The notes beneath the pieces are model-generated. The model saw nothing but the letters and a program-made list of their open reading frames with translations, did not search any database and was not told the origin of the DNA. 64,000 nucleotides of DNA from Candidatus Latescibacterota bacterium. Its GTDB lineage: Bacteria; Latescibacterota; UBA2968; UBA8231. The translations under genes and the position numbers were made by a program. Shown here in pieces: positions 29,496 to 40,100 of the stretch (positions are counted from its first letter, which is position 1; the number at the start of each line of letters is the position of its first letter). The stretch is taken from the NCBI GenBank assembly GCA_964291625.2, contig OZ220089.1:2528001-2592000 (forward strand). The letters are read 5' to 3'.

Positions 29496-29965
29496 GGGGC
29501 CGGGGAGGGATCGCCCAGCCGAAAGCCGCAGTCCGGGCAGAATCGGTGCCCTGGTTCCCGAGCCCGGCCGCAGTCGGGACAGGACCCGGAATCCGCGCAC
29601 GGCCGGGCTGCCTCCCTGTCGGAGGCCAGGACTCTGACGTCCTCCTCGATGCGCAGGTGCAGGCCCCGGTCCGGATCCTGAGCATCGAGCCGGTGGAGCC
29701 TGGACAGGACCTCGACGGCCTGGGACTCCAGCTCCGCCCGGAGGGAGTCGTGGTCGTCCTGCGAGATCTTGCCCACCCGGTGGTCGAACTCGAGCTCCTT
29801 GATCGAGGCGTAGAGCTGCTCCTTGCGCTCGGTGAGCTCCAGGCGCCGGCGGGCGCTGCCCGTCTGGCGGCGCCAGGTCAGGGGAGCGGCCAGTACCGGG
29901 TGGACCACGGCGGCGACAAAGACGACCAGCAGGGCCAGGCAGACAAAGGGGATGACGAGGTTCAC
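29492..29965 (-). CDS. CcmI-N-like membrane protein with C-terminal zinc ribbon
   Basis: TM segment; LY.SIKELEFD...GKIS.DD coiled region; CPDCG...FCPDCG. Confidence 0.75.
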   Translation of the reverse strand: MNLVIPFVCLALLVVFVAAVVHPVLAAPLTWRRQTGSARRRLELTERKEQLYASIKELEFDHRVGKISQDDHDSLRAELESQAVEVLSRLHRLDAQDPDRGLHLRIEEDVRVLASDREAARPCADSGSCPDCGRAREPGHRFCPDCGFRLGDPSPAP

Positions 29966-29971
29966 CGCGGG

Positions 29972-32422
29972 TCAGCCCTCGAAGCCGTCCAGCTCCCGCC
30001 GCAGCTGCTCGTCCAAGGGCGATGGCCGGCTGGGCTGGGCCGCTTCCGGGGGGCTGCCCCGCCGCCAGCGGGAGAGGATCCGGCGAACGCCGAGGGCGCC
30101 GCCGGCGAGCACCAGGAAGGGAATGACCCACACGAAGCCGTAGCCCTCGGGCGGATTGGCCAGGCCCATGGGACCGAAGCGGTCTACGTAGGCGGCAACG
30201 ATCTCCTCGCGGCCCTGACCCTCCTCCAGCCGGAGGGTGATGCTCTCCCGCTCGGCGATGGCGAACTGGCACAGGCAGGTGGCCAGGGACTCGCGGTTGC
30301 AGGTGCCGCACAAGCAGACGAGATCCGCGGCAATGGCCTTGACCTGCGGCGGCGGCGGAGCCGCTCGGGCCGGGGCGCAGAGGGCGGCCAGGCACAGGAG
30401 GATGACCGCCGGCGCCCCCCCTCCGCGACGAGGATCGTCTCCCGGTTGGGTGCGCGAGGTGTCGCGGTCGAGGCGGGCCATGCGCCGGTCGCGTGCTGAC
30501 GGCCACATCGTCCACAGAGCGCTGACCACGAGCAGAGCCGCCCCCAACCAGACGCAGGCCACGAGGGGGTTGACGTAGATCTGGAACTTGGCAGAGCCCA
30601 AGTCCGAGGAAGGACCCACCAGAATGAGGTAGAAGTCCTCGAGCCAACTCGAGTAGATGGCGACCTCGGTGGTGTTCTGCTCGGCGGTCTTGTAGAAGTG
30701 GCGCTCCGGCACGAGGGTGGCCAGGAAGCGCCCGTCGCGCTCGAGGCCGACGGCTGCTGCCTGCACCGAGCGGTTGGGGTCGTCGCCGAAGGCCAGGGTC
30801 TCCAGCGTGGCCGTGTACTCGCCGATCCGGGCCGATTCGCCGGGCTCGAGGACGACCTCCCGCTCGCTGGTGAAGGCCTTGCCGGTGAAGCCGACGAAGA
30901 GCAGCACGATGGAGACGTGGACGAGGTAGCCCCCGTAGCGCCGTCGGCTCTTGGCCAGCAGGCGGGCCCCGGCGGTCAGGAGGGTCTCCCGGGAGGTCCG
31001 CTGCCGGGCGGCGATGCCCCGGGCGAACTCGAAGGCCACGGAGCCGGCGACGAAACCGCACAAGGTCAGGGACACGAGGGGGTAGAGGCCGTGTACACCG
31101 AGGGCCGCCGCCAGGCCGAGAGCGAAGAGTCCGCAGACGCCGGGAATCCCGAAATTGCGGCGGAGGCTCTCCATCGACGTCCGCCGCCAGGCGAAGAGGG
31201 GGCCGGCGCCCGTGAGGAAGAGCAGCACCAGGCCCATGGGTACGCTCACCCGGTCGAAGAAGGGCGCCCCCACGGTGATCTTGTCGCCGGTGAACGCCTC
31301 GGAGATCACCGGAAAGAGGGTTCCCCAGAGGACGGCGAAGAGCAGGGCGAGCAGGATCCAGTTGTTGAGCAGGAAGGCGCTCTCGCGGGAGGCGAAGGAC
31401 TCGAGCCGGTGCTCCGCCTTGAGGTGGTCGAGGCGGGCCACCAGCAGAGCGGCGGAACCGGCGATGATCAGCGCCAGGAAGGCGACGAAGTAGGGACCGA
31501 CGTTCGACTGGGCGAAGGCGTGGACGGAGGAGACGATGCCGGAGCGGGTGAGGAAGGTGCCGAAGATCGTCATGCCGAAGGTGAAGAACAGGAGCACCAT
31601 GTTCCAGACCTTCAGCATGCCCTTGCGCTCCTGGATCATCACCGAGTGCAGCAGCGCAGTGGCGGCCAGCCAGGGCATCAGCGAGGCGTTCTCCACGGGG
31701 TCCCAGCCCCAGTAGCCCCCCCAGCCCAGCTCGACGTAGGCCCACTTGCCACCGAGCAGGAGCCCGGCGCCCAGGAACATCCACGGGATCAGCAACCACC
31801 GGCGCATCGCGTACAGCCAGGAGTTGTCGAGGCGCCTCGAGGCCAGGGCGGCGATGCCGAAGGCGAAGGGGACGGTCATGCCCACCATGCCCGCGTACAA
31901 CATCGGGGGATGGATGGCCATGTAGGGGTGCTGGAGGATGGGGTTCAGGCCACTGCCGTCGAGAGGCGTGAAGGGCAGCCGCCGGAAGGGGTCGGCGGCG
32001 TAGATGTTCAACAGGGCGAAGAAGAAACAGGAGGCGCCGAGAACGGCGATCGTGTAGGGCATCAGGGCCCGGTAGCGGTGGCGGTTGAGGAGCACCACGG
32101 CGGCGGTGTACAGCGACAGGATCCAGCCCCAGAACAGGATCGACCCGTTCTGCCCTCCCCACAGCGAAGCGACCACGTACTGGAGGGGCTGGGCCCGGTT
32201 GGTGTTCTCGGCCACGTACTGGACCTCGAAGTCGTGCGTCAGGATCGCGTACCACAACCCCGCCACCGAGACCGTGTAGAGGCCGCAAACGGCCAGGGCG
32301 GCGTTCTCGCCGGAGCGGATCAGGCCTTCGTGGTTGCGGTGCGCCCCGAGGACCGAGCCAAGCGCCGCGTACCCGCCCGCCGCCAGCGACAGGCACAGGG
32401 CGAAGTAGCCGATGTCGACCAT
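29972..32422 (-). CDS. ccmF: Heme lyase CcmF fused to a CcmH-like domain
   Basis: WGGQNGS, IHPP, WAY.ELGWGGYWGWDPVEN, SVHAF, H...GF and NPLV..VW motifs, followed in frame by LVCLCGTC...CLC...YVDRFG...P. Confidence 0.93.
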   Translation of the reverse strand: MVDIGYFALCLSLAAGGYAALGSVLGAHRNHEGLIRSGENAALAVCGLYTVSVAGLWYAILTHDFEVQYVAENTNRAQPLQYVVASLWGGQNGSILFWGWILSLYTAAVVLLNRHRYRALMPYTIAVLGASCFFFALLNIYAADPFRRLPFTPLDGSGLNPILQHPYMAIHPPMLYAGMVGMTVPFAFGIAALASRRLDNSWLYAMRRWLLIPWMFLGAGLLLGGKWAYVELGWGGYWGWDPVENASLMPWLAATALLHSVMIQERKGMLKVWNMVLLFFTFGMTIFGTFLTRSGIVSSVHAFAQSNVGPYFVAFLALIIAGSAALLVARLDHLKAEHRLESFASRESAFLLNNWILLALLFAVLWGTLFPVISEAFTGDKITVGAPFFDRVSVPMGLVLLFLTGAGPLFAWRRTSMESLRRNFGIPGVCGLFALGLAAALGVHGLYPLVSLTLCGFVAGSVAFEFARGIAARQRTSRETLLTAGARLLAKSRRRYGGYLVHVSIVLLFVGFTGKAFTSEREVVLEPGESARIGEYTATLETLAFGDDPNRSVQAAAVGLERDGRFLATLVPERHFYKTAEQNTTEVAIYSSWLEDFYLILVGPSSDLGSAKFQIYVNPLVACVWLGAALLVVSALWTMWPSARDRRMARLDRDTSRTQPGDDPRRGGGAPAVILLCLAALCAPARAAPPPPQVKAIAADLVCLCGTCNRESLATCLCQFAIAERESITLRLEEGQGREEIVAAYVDRFGPMGLANPPEGYGFVWVIPFLVLAGGALGVRRILSRWRRGSPPEAAQPSRPSPLDEQLRRELDGFEG

Positions 32423-32432
32423 GCCGCCGGGG

Positions 32433-32873
32433 TCAGATGCTGCCCGATGGCTTCAACGCCTCCGGGTGATCGTCGTAGCTCTGGCCCTCGTACTTGGATG
32501 GACACTTGGCCTGCACGACCTCGGCCTCGAAGCGTCTCTGGGCGGGAACGAAGCGGCCTTCGAGCACCACCTGGGCGCGATCCTGGAAGGTGTCGGGAAG
32601 CACCGAGTTGCCCGTGTAGCGGACGGCCAGCCGGCGCTCGCCGTCGGTGATCTGGAATCGGGGCCGGTGGCGATACTCGTCCCACTCGATGGTGCCGGGG
32701 ACGACGGTGCAGCCGCCGAGTTGGATGCGGCGGTCTTGGGTGAGGGTGTGAGCCTCGGCCAGCAGGGCGTCGAGGGTCATGTGACGGCTCGCCGACTGGC
32801 GGATGCCCAGGGCGAGGAGGGCGATGACGCCGGCGGCGGCGGCGGCGGAACCGAGGGCGAAGGCCCATCTCAT
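32433..32873 (-). CDS. ccmE: Heme chaperone CcmE, CxxxY type
   Basis: LPDTF....VV.EG and AKCPSKY motifs. Confidence 0.9.
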   Translation of the reverse strand: MRWAFALGSAAAAAGVIALLALGIRQSASRHMTLDALLAEAHTLTQDRRIQLGGCTVVPGTIEWDEYRHRPRFQITDGERRLAVRYTGNSVLPDTFQDRAQVVLEGRFVPAQRRFEAEVVQAKCPSKYEGQSYDDHPEALKPSGSI

Positions 32874-32916
32874 GGCGGCACTCGATCAGGGGCCGGGGGA
32901 AGGAGGATATTGCCTG

Positions 32917-32930
32917 TTGAAGATCCTCAA
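32917..32930. promoter_or_regulatory. Possible FNR/CRP-family box upstream of ccmE
   Basis: TTGAAGATCCTCAA matches 8 of the 10 specified bases of TTGAT-N4-ATCAA. Confidence 0.3.
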
Positions 32931-32984
32931 GGTTGGCAGGCGCGGCAAATGGAGCAACCGGCGCGCTCGCAGGAGCCGCCCCGG

Positions 32985-34118
32985 TCAGACGGAGAGGGTC
33001 TTGGGGAAGGTCGTGAGATTGCGGCAGCCGCCGTCCTCGACGACTACCAGATCCTCGATGCGGCAGCCGCCGAGGCCGGCGTAGTAGAGGCCAGGCTCCA
33101 CGGTGACGACCTGTCCCGTCTCGAGTCGGCAGGAAGGCCGGGAGATGTACGGGGCTTCGTGGATCTGCAGGCCGAGACCATGGCCCGTGCCGTGGAAGAA
33201 TCCCTGCATGCGGCCGTCGATCTCTCCGGACTCGTACCCGGCGGAGGCGAAACCGCGGATCACGGCCTGGTGCACCTCCGCCCCGTCGATCCCGTCGCGG
33301 ATGCTCTCCAGCGCCCCCTGCTGGGCCGCCGCAACGACTTCGTGGAGCCGCTGCACCTCCGCGGAGACCCGGCCCCGAACGACGGTGCGTGTGATGTCGC
33401 CGAAATAGCCGCTCACGGAGTGGCGGGGGAAGATGTCGATGATGATCGGCTGGTGGGCGGGCAGGGGGCCGTGGCCGCCCTGGTGGGGATCGATCGCCTG
33501 CTCGCCGCCGGCTACGATCGTGTGCTCCCCGTGGCAGTCGCAGTCGAGCAGGACGTGGTGGATGCGCCGCCGGACCGCTTCCGAGGTCAGAGGCCCCTCC
33601 GGTCCCACGAGCAGATCGTCCCGTACCGAGGATTCCCCGATCATGGCCAAGGCCGCCTCCATGGCCCGCTCAGCCCCCTTCTGCGCCTGGGCGATGGCGG
33701 CCACCTCCTCCTCGGACTTGATCGCCCGCTGCGGAAACAGGGGAGGCTCGGCCACGGTCAGGCCAAACCCCGCGGCCCTCAGATCGTCGGCGGTATGCAC
33801 CGGGAAGTCGGGGGGCACCAGCAGGCATCGCAACTGCAGGCTGCGCAGGATCTCGCCCAGCTGTCCGCCCGCCGCCGGTTCCTCGCCCCGGGCGTCGAAC
33901 CTGGAGCCGGCCAGCACCTCTGCGCCGCGCACTTCCTCCCGGGCCCGGTCCAGCTCCAGATCCTTGACCACGACCCAGGCGGCATCGGCCGAGGCCAGGT
34001 AGATGAAGGGATCGGGCGCCCGGAATCCGGTCGCCCAGAACAGGGCCGCATTGCGCTCGGAGTCGCCCACCATCAGCAGTGCGTCGGCTCCGTGCAGATC
34101 GACCGGGGATCCGGTCAT
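32985..34118 (-). CDS. Xaa-Pro aminopeptidase (M24 family)
   Basis: R.IKS.EE, PH, D.......GYFGDITRT, HGTGHGLGL.IHE.P and TVEPGLY...GCRIED motifs. Confidence 0.92.
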   Translation of the reverse strand: MTGSPVDLHGADALLMVGDSERNAALFWATGFRAPDPFIYLASADAAWVVVKDLELDRAREEVRGAEVLAGSRFDARGEEPAAGGQLGEILRSLQLRCLLVPPDFPVHTADDLRAAGFGLTVAEPPLFPQRAIKSEEEVAAIAQAQKGAERAMEAALAMIGESSVRDDLLVGPEGPLTSEAVRRRIHHVLLDCDCHGEHTIVAGGEQAIDPHQGGHGPLPAHQPIIIDIFPRHSVSGYFGDITRTVVRGRVSAEVQRLHEVVAAAQQGALESIRDGIDGAEVHQAVIRGFASAGYESGEIDGRMQGFFHGTGHGLGLQIHEAPYISRPSCRLETGQVVTVEPGLYYAGLGGCRIEDLVVVEDGGCRNLTTFPKTLSV

Positions 34119-35548
34119 GGCTGGTTCTCCTCAACCGCATGGATGGGAAGGGCCCGGACGTCGATGCCCCGGCCCCGGCGCCAGTGCCAGAGCAGAGCCG
34201 ACTCCCCCGCTTTCGATCGCGCCAGGTGGCGAACGAACTGATCGAGGGAGACGACGGCGGTCCGGTCGATCTCGGTGATGACGTCGTCTACTTCCAGTCC
34301 GAGCCGCGCCGCCGGGCTCCCGGGCTCGACTCCGGTGATGACCACCGCACCGGCGCTCTCGGGAAGCTTCAGCCTACGCGCCTCCTCCCGGGTGAAGCCG
34401 AGACGAAGGGCCTCATCGCCCGCCATCGATCCCAGGGTCAGGCCGAGACGCCGTGCCAGAAGCCGTCCGCGGGCAAGTAGCAGGCTCTCCTCCCGCTCGC
34501 CGAGGACGACCGGAACCCGCTGCCGCCGGCCGGCGCGGAGGACGGTGAGCTCCACCCTCTCCCCCGGGTCCCGGCCATAGATGCGGGTCTGCACCTCGTT
34601 GGTCAGGTCCACCGGCTGTCCGTCGATGGCGAGCACCACGTCGCCCACCGACAGGCCGCTGCGGTCGGCGGGTGCGCGCGGCTCGATACGGGTGATGTAG
34701 ACACCTCGCGGCGGCGACAGGTCCAGATCCTCACTCCGGACCAACTCGTCGTCGACATCGCTCATCTCTACCCCGAGGTAGCCCCGCACGACCCGGCCGT
34801 ACACAAGGAAGTCGTCCATCGCTTCCCGGGCCAGGTCGATGGGGACCGCCAGGCCGTAGCCCATGAAGAAGCCGGTCCGGGTGGAGATGGCGGTATTGAT
34901 GCCGACCACCCGTCCCTGCAGATCCAGGAGAGGCCCCCCGGAGTTGCCGGGGTTGATCACCGCGTTCGTCTGGATGAAGCTCTCGATGCCGTAGTCGTCC
35001 TCGATCACCCGGGCCCGGCGGCCGAGGGCGCTGACGATGCCGTGGGTCAGGGTGGTCCCCATGCCCAGGGGATAGCCGATGGCGAGCACCCAGTCGCCGA
35101 TCAGCAGGTCCTCGGACCGGCCGAGGGAGGCGACCGGCAGGCCGGGAGCGTCGATCTCCAGCAGGGCGATGTCGATGAGCGAGTCCACCCCGACCACCCG
35201 GGCGGGGAAGCGCCGGCGGTCGTGGAGGGTCACCCGTATCGAGTCGGCCCCCTTGATCACGTGGTGGTTGGAAAGGATGTGGCCGGCGGCTGAGACGATC
35301 ACCCCCGAGCCGAGGCCGCTGAGCCCGTCTCCCCGGGGTGGGACCGGGGGGTGGAACCGCGGCAGCCGCTGCAGCTCTCCCGAGGTCTGGATCAGGACCA
35401 CGGCGGGAGCGACGCGGTCGTAGACGGAGCGAAAGGAGCGGCTCAGGTCCTCGAACCGCTCCAGTCCGGACTGACCCGCCGCCGGCACGGATGCGGTGCA
35501 GGCCAGCAGCCACGCCGCCGCCTGCCTCCGGATAACCGAGCCGGTCAC
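34115..35548 (-). CDS. HtrA/DegP family serine protease with two PDZ domains
   Basis: Signal peptide; GSGVI, NHHV, DIA, NPGNSGGPL triad motifs; two PDZ domains. Confidence 0.93.
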   Translation of the reverse strand: MTGSVIRRQAAAWLLACTASVPAAGQSGLERFEDLSRSFRSVYDRVAPAVVLIQTSGELQRLPRFHPPVPPRGDGLSGLGSGVIVSAAGHILSNHHVIKGADSIRVTLHDRRRFPARVVGVDSLIDIALLEIDAPGLPVASLGRSEDLLIGDWVLAIGYPLGMGTTLTHGIVSALGRRARVIEDDYGIESFIQTNAVINPGNSGGPLLDLQGRVVGINTAISTRTGFFMGYGLAVPIDLAREAMDDFLVYGRVVRGYLGVEMSDVDDELVRSEDLDLSPPRGVYITRIEPRAPADRSGLSVGDVVLAIDGQPVDLTNEVQTRIYGRDPGERVELTVLRAGRRQRVPVVLGEREESLLLARGRLLARRLGLTLGSMAGDEALRLGFTREEARRLKLPESAGAVVITGVEPGSPAARLGLEVDDVITEIDRTAVVSLDQFVRHLARSKAGESALLWHWRRGRGIDVRALPIHAVEENQP

Positions 35549-37050
35549 TTGAACCCGTACTTGTCGAGCTTCCGGTACAGGGTGCGCTCGCCGATCCCGA
35601 GAAGCTCTGCCGCCTTGCGGCGGTTGTGGCCCACCTGCTCCAGGGCCCGGGCGATGGCGTCTCGCTCCAGCTCCTTCAGCGACGACAGCACTCCGTCATC
35701 GTCCTCCCCCGGGTCGGAGGCGGCGCCTGCCTCGTCCTCGTCGATCTGGTACACGGGGCGCACCGGACGAGGTACGGCTGTCTCCCTGCCCTCCTCGATG
35801 GTTCGCCTCAGGTCGGCGACCTCCCGCTTGAGGTCGAGCAGGGCGAAATAGATCAGCTCGCGCTCCGACTGGTCCGGGGTCTTGAGGGTTGGAACGGGCA
35901 GGTTCACACCGAGGTCCGGCGCCCGCTCCAGATGGGGGAGCAGGTCGTCGGCATCGACCAGGCCGGCCGGGCCCAGGAAGACGAGATGTTCCACCAGGTT
36001 GCGCAGCTCGCGGACGTTTCCGGGCCAGTCGTACTGCGCCAGAAGGTCGAGGGCCCGCGGGGTGAACCCGTGGAAACGGCTGCGGTCCTTCTGACCCCGG
36101 CTGTAGATCTCGACGAAGTGCTCGAGGAGCAGTGGGATGTCAGCGCGCCTCTCGCGCAACGGTGGCAGGTAGAGCTCGACGACCTTCAGGCGGTGGTAGA
36201 GGTCGCGTCTGAACTCGCCGCGGCTCACCGAGGAGAGCAGGTCCTTGTTGCTGGCCGCCAGCATGCGCACGTCGACTTCGATCGACGTGTCGCCGCCGAT
36301 ACGGGTGACGCGCCGTTCCTCGAGGACGCGGAGCAGGCGCACCTGCGCCGAGCGGGCCATCTCTCCGATCTCGTCGAGGAACACCGTGCCTTTGTGGGCC
36401 TGCTCGAAGATCCCCCGCGTCTGCGAGCGGGCGTCGGTGAAGGCGCCGCGCTCGTGGCCGAACAGCTCGTTCTCCAGGAGGTTCTCGGGGATGGCGGCGC
36501 AGTTGATCGGCTTGTAGGGCTTGTTGTCGCGGCCGCTGAAGTGGTGGAGGGCGCGGGCCACGACATCCTTGCCGGAGCCGCTCTCCCCGGTGATGAGGAC
36601 GGTCACCGGGGTCGGGGCCACGAGAAGGATCTGCTCGCGGAGGGTTCGGATGGCCTCGGAGTTGCCGACCAGATGTTCGCACAGGAAGCGGCTGCGCTCC
36701 AGCAGGCGGGAGACGGCCGCCGTGAGTTGGCCGCCGTCGACCGGCACTTCGACCACCTGCTCGAGGGGGCTGCCCCGGGAGAGCTCGTCCCAGGCGGCAG
36801 TGGAGCCCGCGGCCAGGACGACGACCGGCAACTCCCGGTGCTCGGCCAGCACTTCGGCGATCGACCGCAGGCTGAGGTCGGGGAGGTTGAGATCGACGAG
36901 GACGAGCCCCGCGCCCCGGTCGAGGAGCGCGGGGAGCCTGCCGGCATCGCGTACCTCGATGACCTCTGCCGACCCGGCCCGCAGTTCCCGGCTGCAGGCG
37001 GAGGCCAGTCCGGGGTCTTGGGTGAGCAGCAGGTAGCGGGTGCGGGCCAT
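35545..37050 (-). CDS. Sigma54-dependent transcriptional activator (degenerate REC, AAA+, Fis HTH)
   Basis: GESGSGKD, GAFTDA, FLDEIGE, WPGNVREL and LGIGERTLYRKL motifs. Confidence 0.93.
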   Translation of the reverse strand: MARTRYLLLTQDPGLASACSRELRAGSAEVIEVRDAGRLPALLDRGAGLVLVDLNLPDLSLRSIAEVLAEHRELPVVVLAAGSTAAWDELSRGSPLEQVVEVPVDGGQLTAAVSRLLERSRFLCEHLVGNSEAIRTLREQILLVAPTPVTVLITGESGSGKDVVARALHHFSGRDNKPYKPINCAAIPENLLENELFGHERGAFTDARSQTRGIFEQAHKGTVFLDEIGEMARSAQVRLLRVLEERRVTRIGGDTSIEVDVRMLAASNKDLLSSVSRGEFRRDLYHRLKVVELYLPPLRERRADIPLLLEHFVEIYSRGQKDRSRFHGFTPRALDLLAQYDWPGNVRELRNLVEHLVFLGPAGLVDADDLLPHLERAPDLGVNLPVPTLKTPDQSERELIYFALLDLKREVADLRRTIEEGRETAVPRPVRPVYQIDEDEAGAASDPGEDDDGVLSSLKELERDAIARALEQVGHNRRKAAELLGIGERTLYRKLDKYGFK

Positions 37051-37150
37051 GGCGCGTCAGAAGAGGCGGCTGGAGATCGCACGCCCCCGGCGGGACTCCC
37101 GGCTCTGCCGGGGAGGGCGGGACTTTCTGCGGATCATGCGAGAGCAGCCC

Positions 37151-40100
37151 TTAGCGGGGGCTGCCTCCAGGAAGCCCCTGGATGCGCTCGTGGGCGGCGC
37201 GGCCGTACTCGCTGCCGGCGCCTTCGCGGTTGATGATCCTCTGGTAGATGCTGCGCGCCTGGTCGAATTCTCGCAGCTGTTCGTGGCAGCCGGCGCGCTG
37301 GAAGTCCGCGGAGTTGATCCAGTTGACGCTGGCATCCGCGCCGTGGAAGGCGACCTGGGCAAAAGCCTGGATCGCCATCCGGTACTCGCTCATGTTCTGG
37401 TAGCACTGACCGATGTAGTATCGGGCCTCGGCCGCGTCCTCTCCCTTGGCCCACTCCAGTACCTCTTCCAGGTAGGAGATGGCCGCTCCGTACTGGCCCG
37501 TCTCCTTGAGGATGTATCCGATCTCCAGTTGAACGTCCCGGCGGTCCGGGTGCCCGGGGAACTCGTCCTCGATGCGCCGCGCCAGCCGCAGCGCCTCGTC
37601 CCACTGGTAGAGCCGCGAGTAGCAGCGCAACAGCTTGTATGCGGCTTCCTGGCGCTGCGCCGGGGTCGCCCGCGGGGACTCGAGGACACGGCGGTACGCG
37701 CCCGCTGCCGGAAGCAGGTTGCCCAGGGTCTGGTGAAACGCCCCGAGTCGGAGATGGACATCGGCCGAGAAGGGTGAGTCCGGGTAACCGGCGGCGAAGT
37801 CGGACTGGGCCTTCAGGGCCTGCGCGGTGCTCTCCTCGCTGGGCTCGGAACGCATGCGTTCCCACTCCGCCGTGGCGGCGAGATAGGCGCCGGCGCCCGC
37901 CGGGTCGGAGGCCATGCGCGCCAGCAGGCCATCCGGATCCCGGACCCAGGAGGCCTGGGCGGGCTTGCTGGCGGCGTCGTCGGCGACCTCTGCGAAGTGC
38001 TTGCGCGCCGCCTCCCACTTGCCGGCCTTCAGCAGTCCCCGGCCCTCGTACAGACGGAACAGATAGGGCCACACGCCGTCGTCTCCGAAGCGCTTCCGGT
38101 GTTCCTTGGCCCAGCTCTTGGCCTCCTTCGTCCTGCCCAGCTCGAAGAGGCTGACCACGGCGCGGCCGACATCGCCTGCCGTGGCTTCGTCGCTCTCGAG
38201 CCGGGGCGCGTACAGGGTCCAGGCCCGGCCGTAGCGCTCCGCCTCGAAGTGGAGCTCCCCCGCGCCCAGGTCCGCCGAGGCGCGCGCGGGGCCCCGGACC
38301 CTGGAATACGCAGCCAACGCCTCGTCGGCCCGGCCGAGGCGGGCGAGCAGGCGGCCCCTCGCCAGCTGCAGGGAATCCGCGGAACCTGCACCCTCGGTGA
38401 GCAGGCGCTCGTAGAGGGTCAGGGCCGTCGGGAGGTCCCCCGCCAGGTCATGGGCGCGGGCAAGTCGGTAGCGCAGCGACCCGTCCACGTCGCCATCGGG
38501 ATCCGTGGAGGCCAGGGACGAGAGCAGTTCGCCCGCCCGGCGCGGCTCTCCGAGGCGGAAGTGGATGTCGGCCAGGAGTTCCTGCGACTCCCGCCGCCCC
38601 TCGAAGTCGGGATAGGCCTGGAGCTCGCCGAGGGTCATGGCCGCCTCCTCGAACCGGCCCCCGCGGGCCAGGGCGCTCCCGAGGGCGGCCAGTACGCGCG
38701 GCTGCAGACCGCTGCCGGAGACCTGAGGCAGGAGCGCGCTCAGGGCGTCGACCGCCCCTTCGATCTCTCCCGTCCGCAAGCGCACGACGGCCCGGCCGAA
38801 GCGGGCTTGGGGCGCCCATTCGGTGTCGCCGGCCTCGCTCAGCAGACGGGCGTACACCGAGTCCGCTCGAGCCAGCCGGCCGGAGTCGCCCCGGGCGGCC
38901 TCGAGCCGTGCGTCGGCGAGGCCGATCAGGGCCCGAGCGCGGGTCTCGCGGGTGTCCTCCGACAACGGGTTCCGCTCGAGGAAGGCGGCGTAGCCGTCCT
39001 CCAGCGTGTCGTGTCTCCGGTCTTCGGGCGCGGAGTCGGCGATCGATTCCGCACGGCGAAGCTGGGCCATCCTCGACCACTCCCCGGCCCCGCTCTCCCC
39101 CAGCAGGGCGTCTTCCTCCAAGGCCAGGGCGTACAGGGAGTCGCTGGCGGCGCTCCGCCCTTCGAGTTGACGCTGGCGGGCGAGCCGGTAGAGGCAGTCG
39201 GCCAGATGGAACCGGGCCTCCGCCGCGGTCGGGTCGTCCGGGTAGGAGGCGGCATAGATGCCCCAGGCCCGCACCGCCCCCGGGAAGTCCTGGTGGTCGC
39301 GCAGGATGCGGGCCACGTCGAGCAGGATCCGGCGGCGGGGCACTCCGGTCAGCTCGTCGATCCACTTCTGCTGCAGGGCCAGCGCGAGGCCGTCCGCGTC
39401 GGTGATGGTGTAACCGTCGAGATACTCGAGGCGCTGCCTCACCCGGGGGCCGCGGGGATGGCGCGGAAAACGCTCGAGGAAGTTGCGGTACTCGGCGACC
39501 GCCAGTCTTCGGGCGCCGGCCCCGTCGTAGGCGTCGGCGAGTCCGTACTGGGCATCCGCGGCCACCGGACCGGAGTCTCGACTCAGGGCCGTGAACAACC
39601 GGACCGCTTCGTCATGGTAGCCGCTGGCGTCGTAGACCTGGGCAAGGTGAAGGCGGGTGAGGTCGCGCTCGGCCTCCGACTCCGGGAAGGCGGCCCCCCA
39701 GCGCTCGGCGTCGTCGAGATAGCGGAGGAACCAGGAGCGGGCCCGGGGGAGATCCCCGTGCCGGCGGTAGAGGGCCCCGAGCTGGCGCACGGCCGCGGCC
39801 CCGTGCGCCGGGGGGGACCCCCGCTGGAAGGGCTTTTCACGAGGTCCAGGAACAGGCGGACCGCGGGAGCGAACCGGCCGGTCTGTCCGAGAGAGATCGC
39901 GCGTCCGAGCATCGCGCGGCCACGCAAGGGGGCGTCCACACCGGTGGCGCCGGCCTGTGACAGCGGCTCGTAGAGCGCCAGGGCCTCCTGGTGCCGCCCC
40001 GAGACCCGCAGGGCGTCGGCGTATCCGACCCGGGCCCTGGCCCTCCGACCTGGATCGCGGATCGCACTGGCCGCCTTCCGATAGGCCGTCACCGCTTCGT

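Noticed and set aside
27649-29685. Apparent 678-aa CcmA with a long N-terminal extension
   Set aside because: The extension is an off-frame read of the two upstream genes; the ABC domain starts at GTG 28344.
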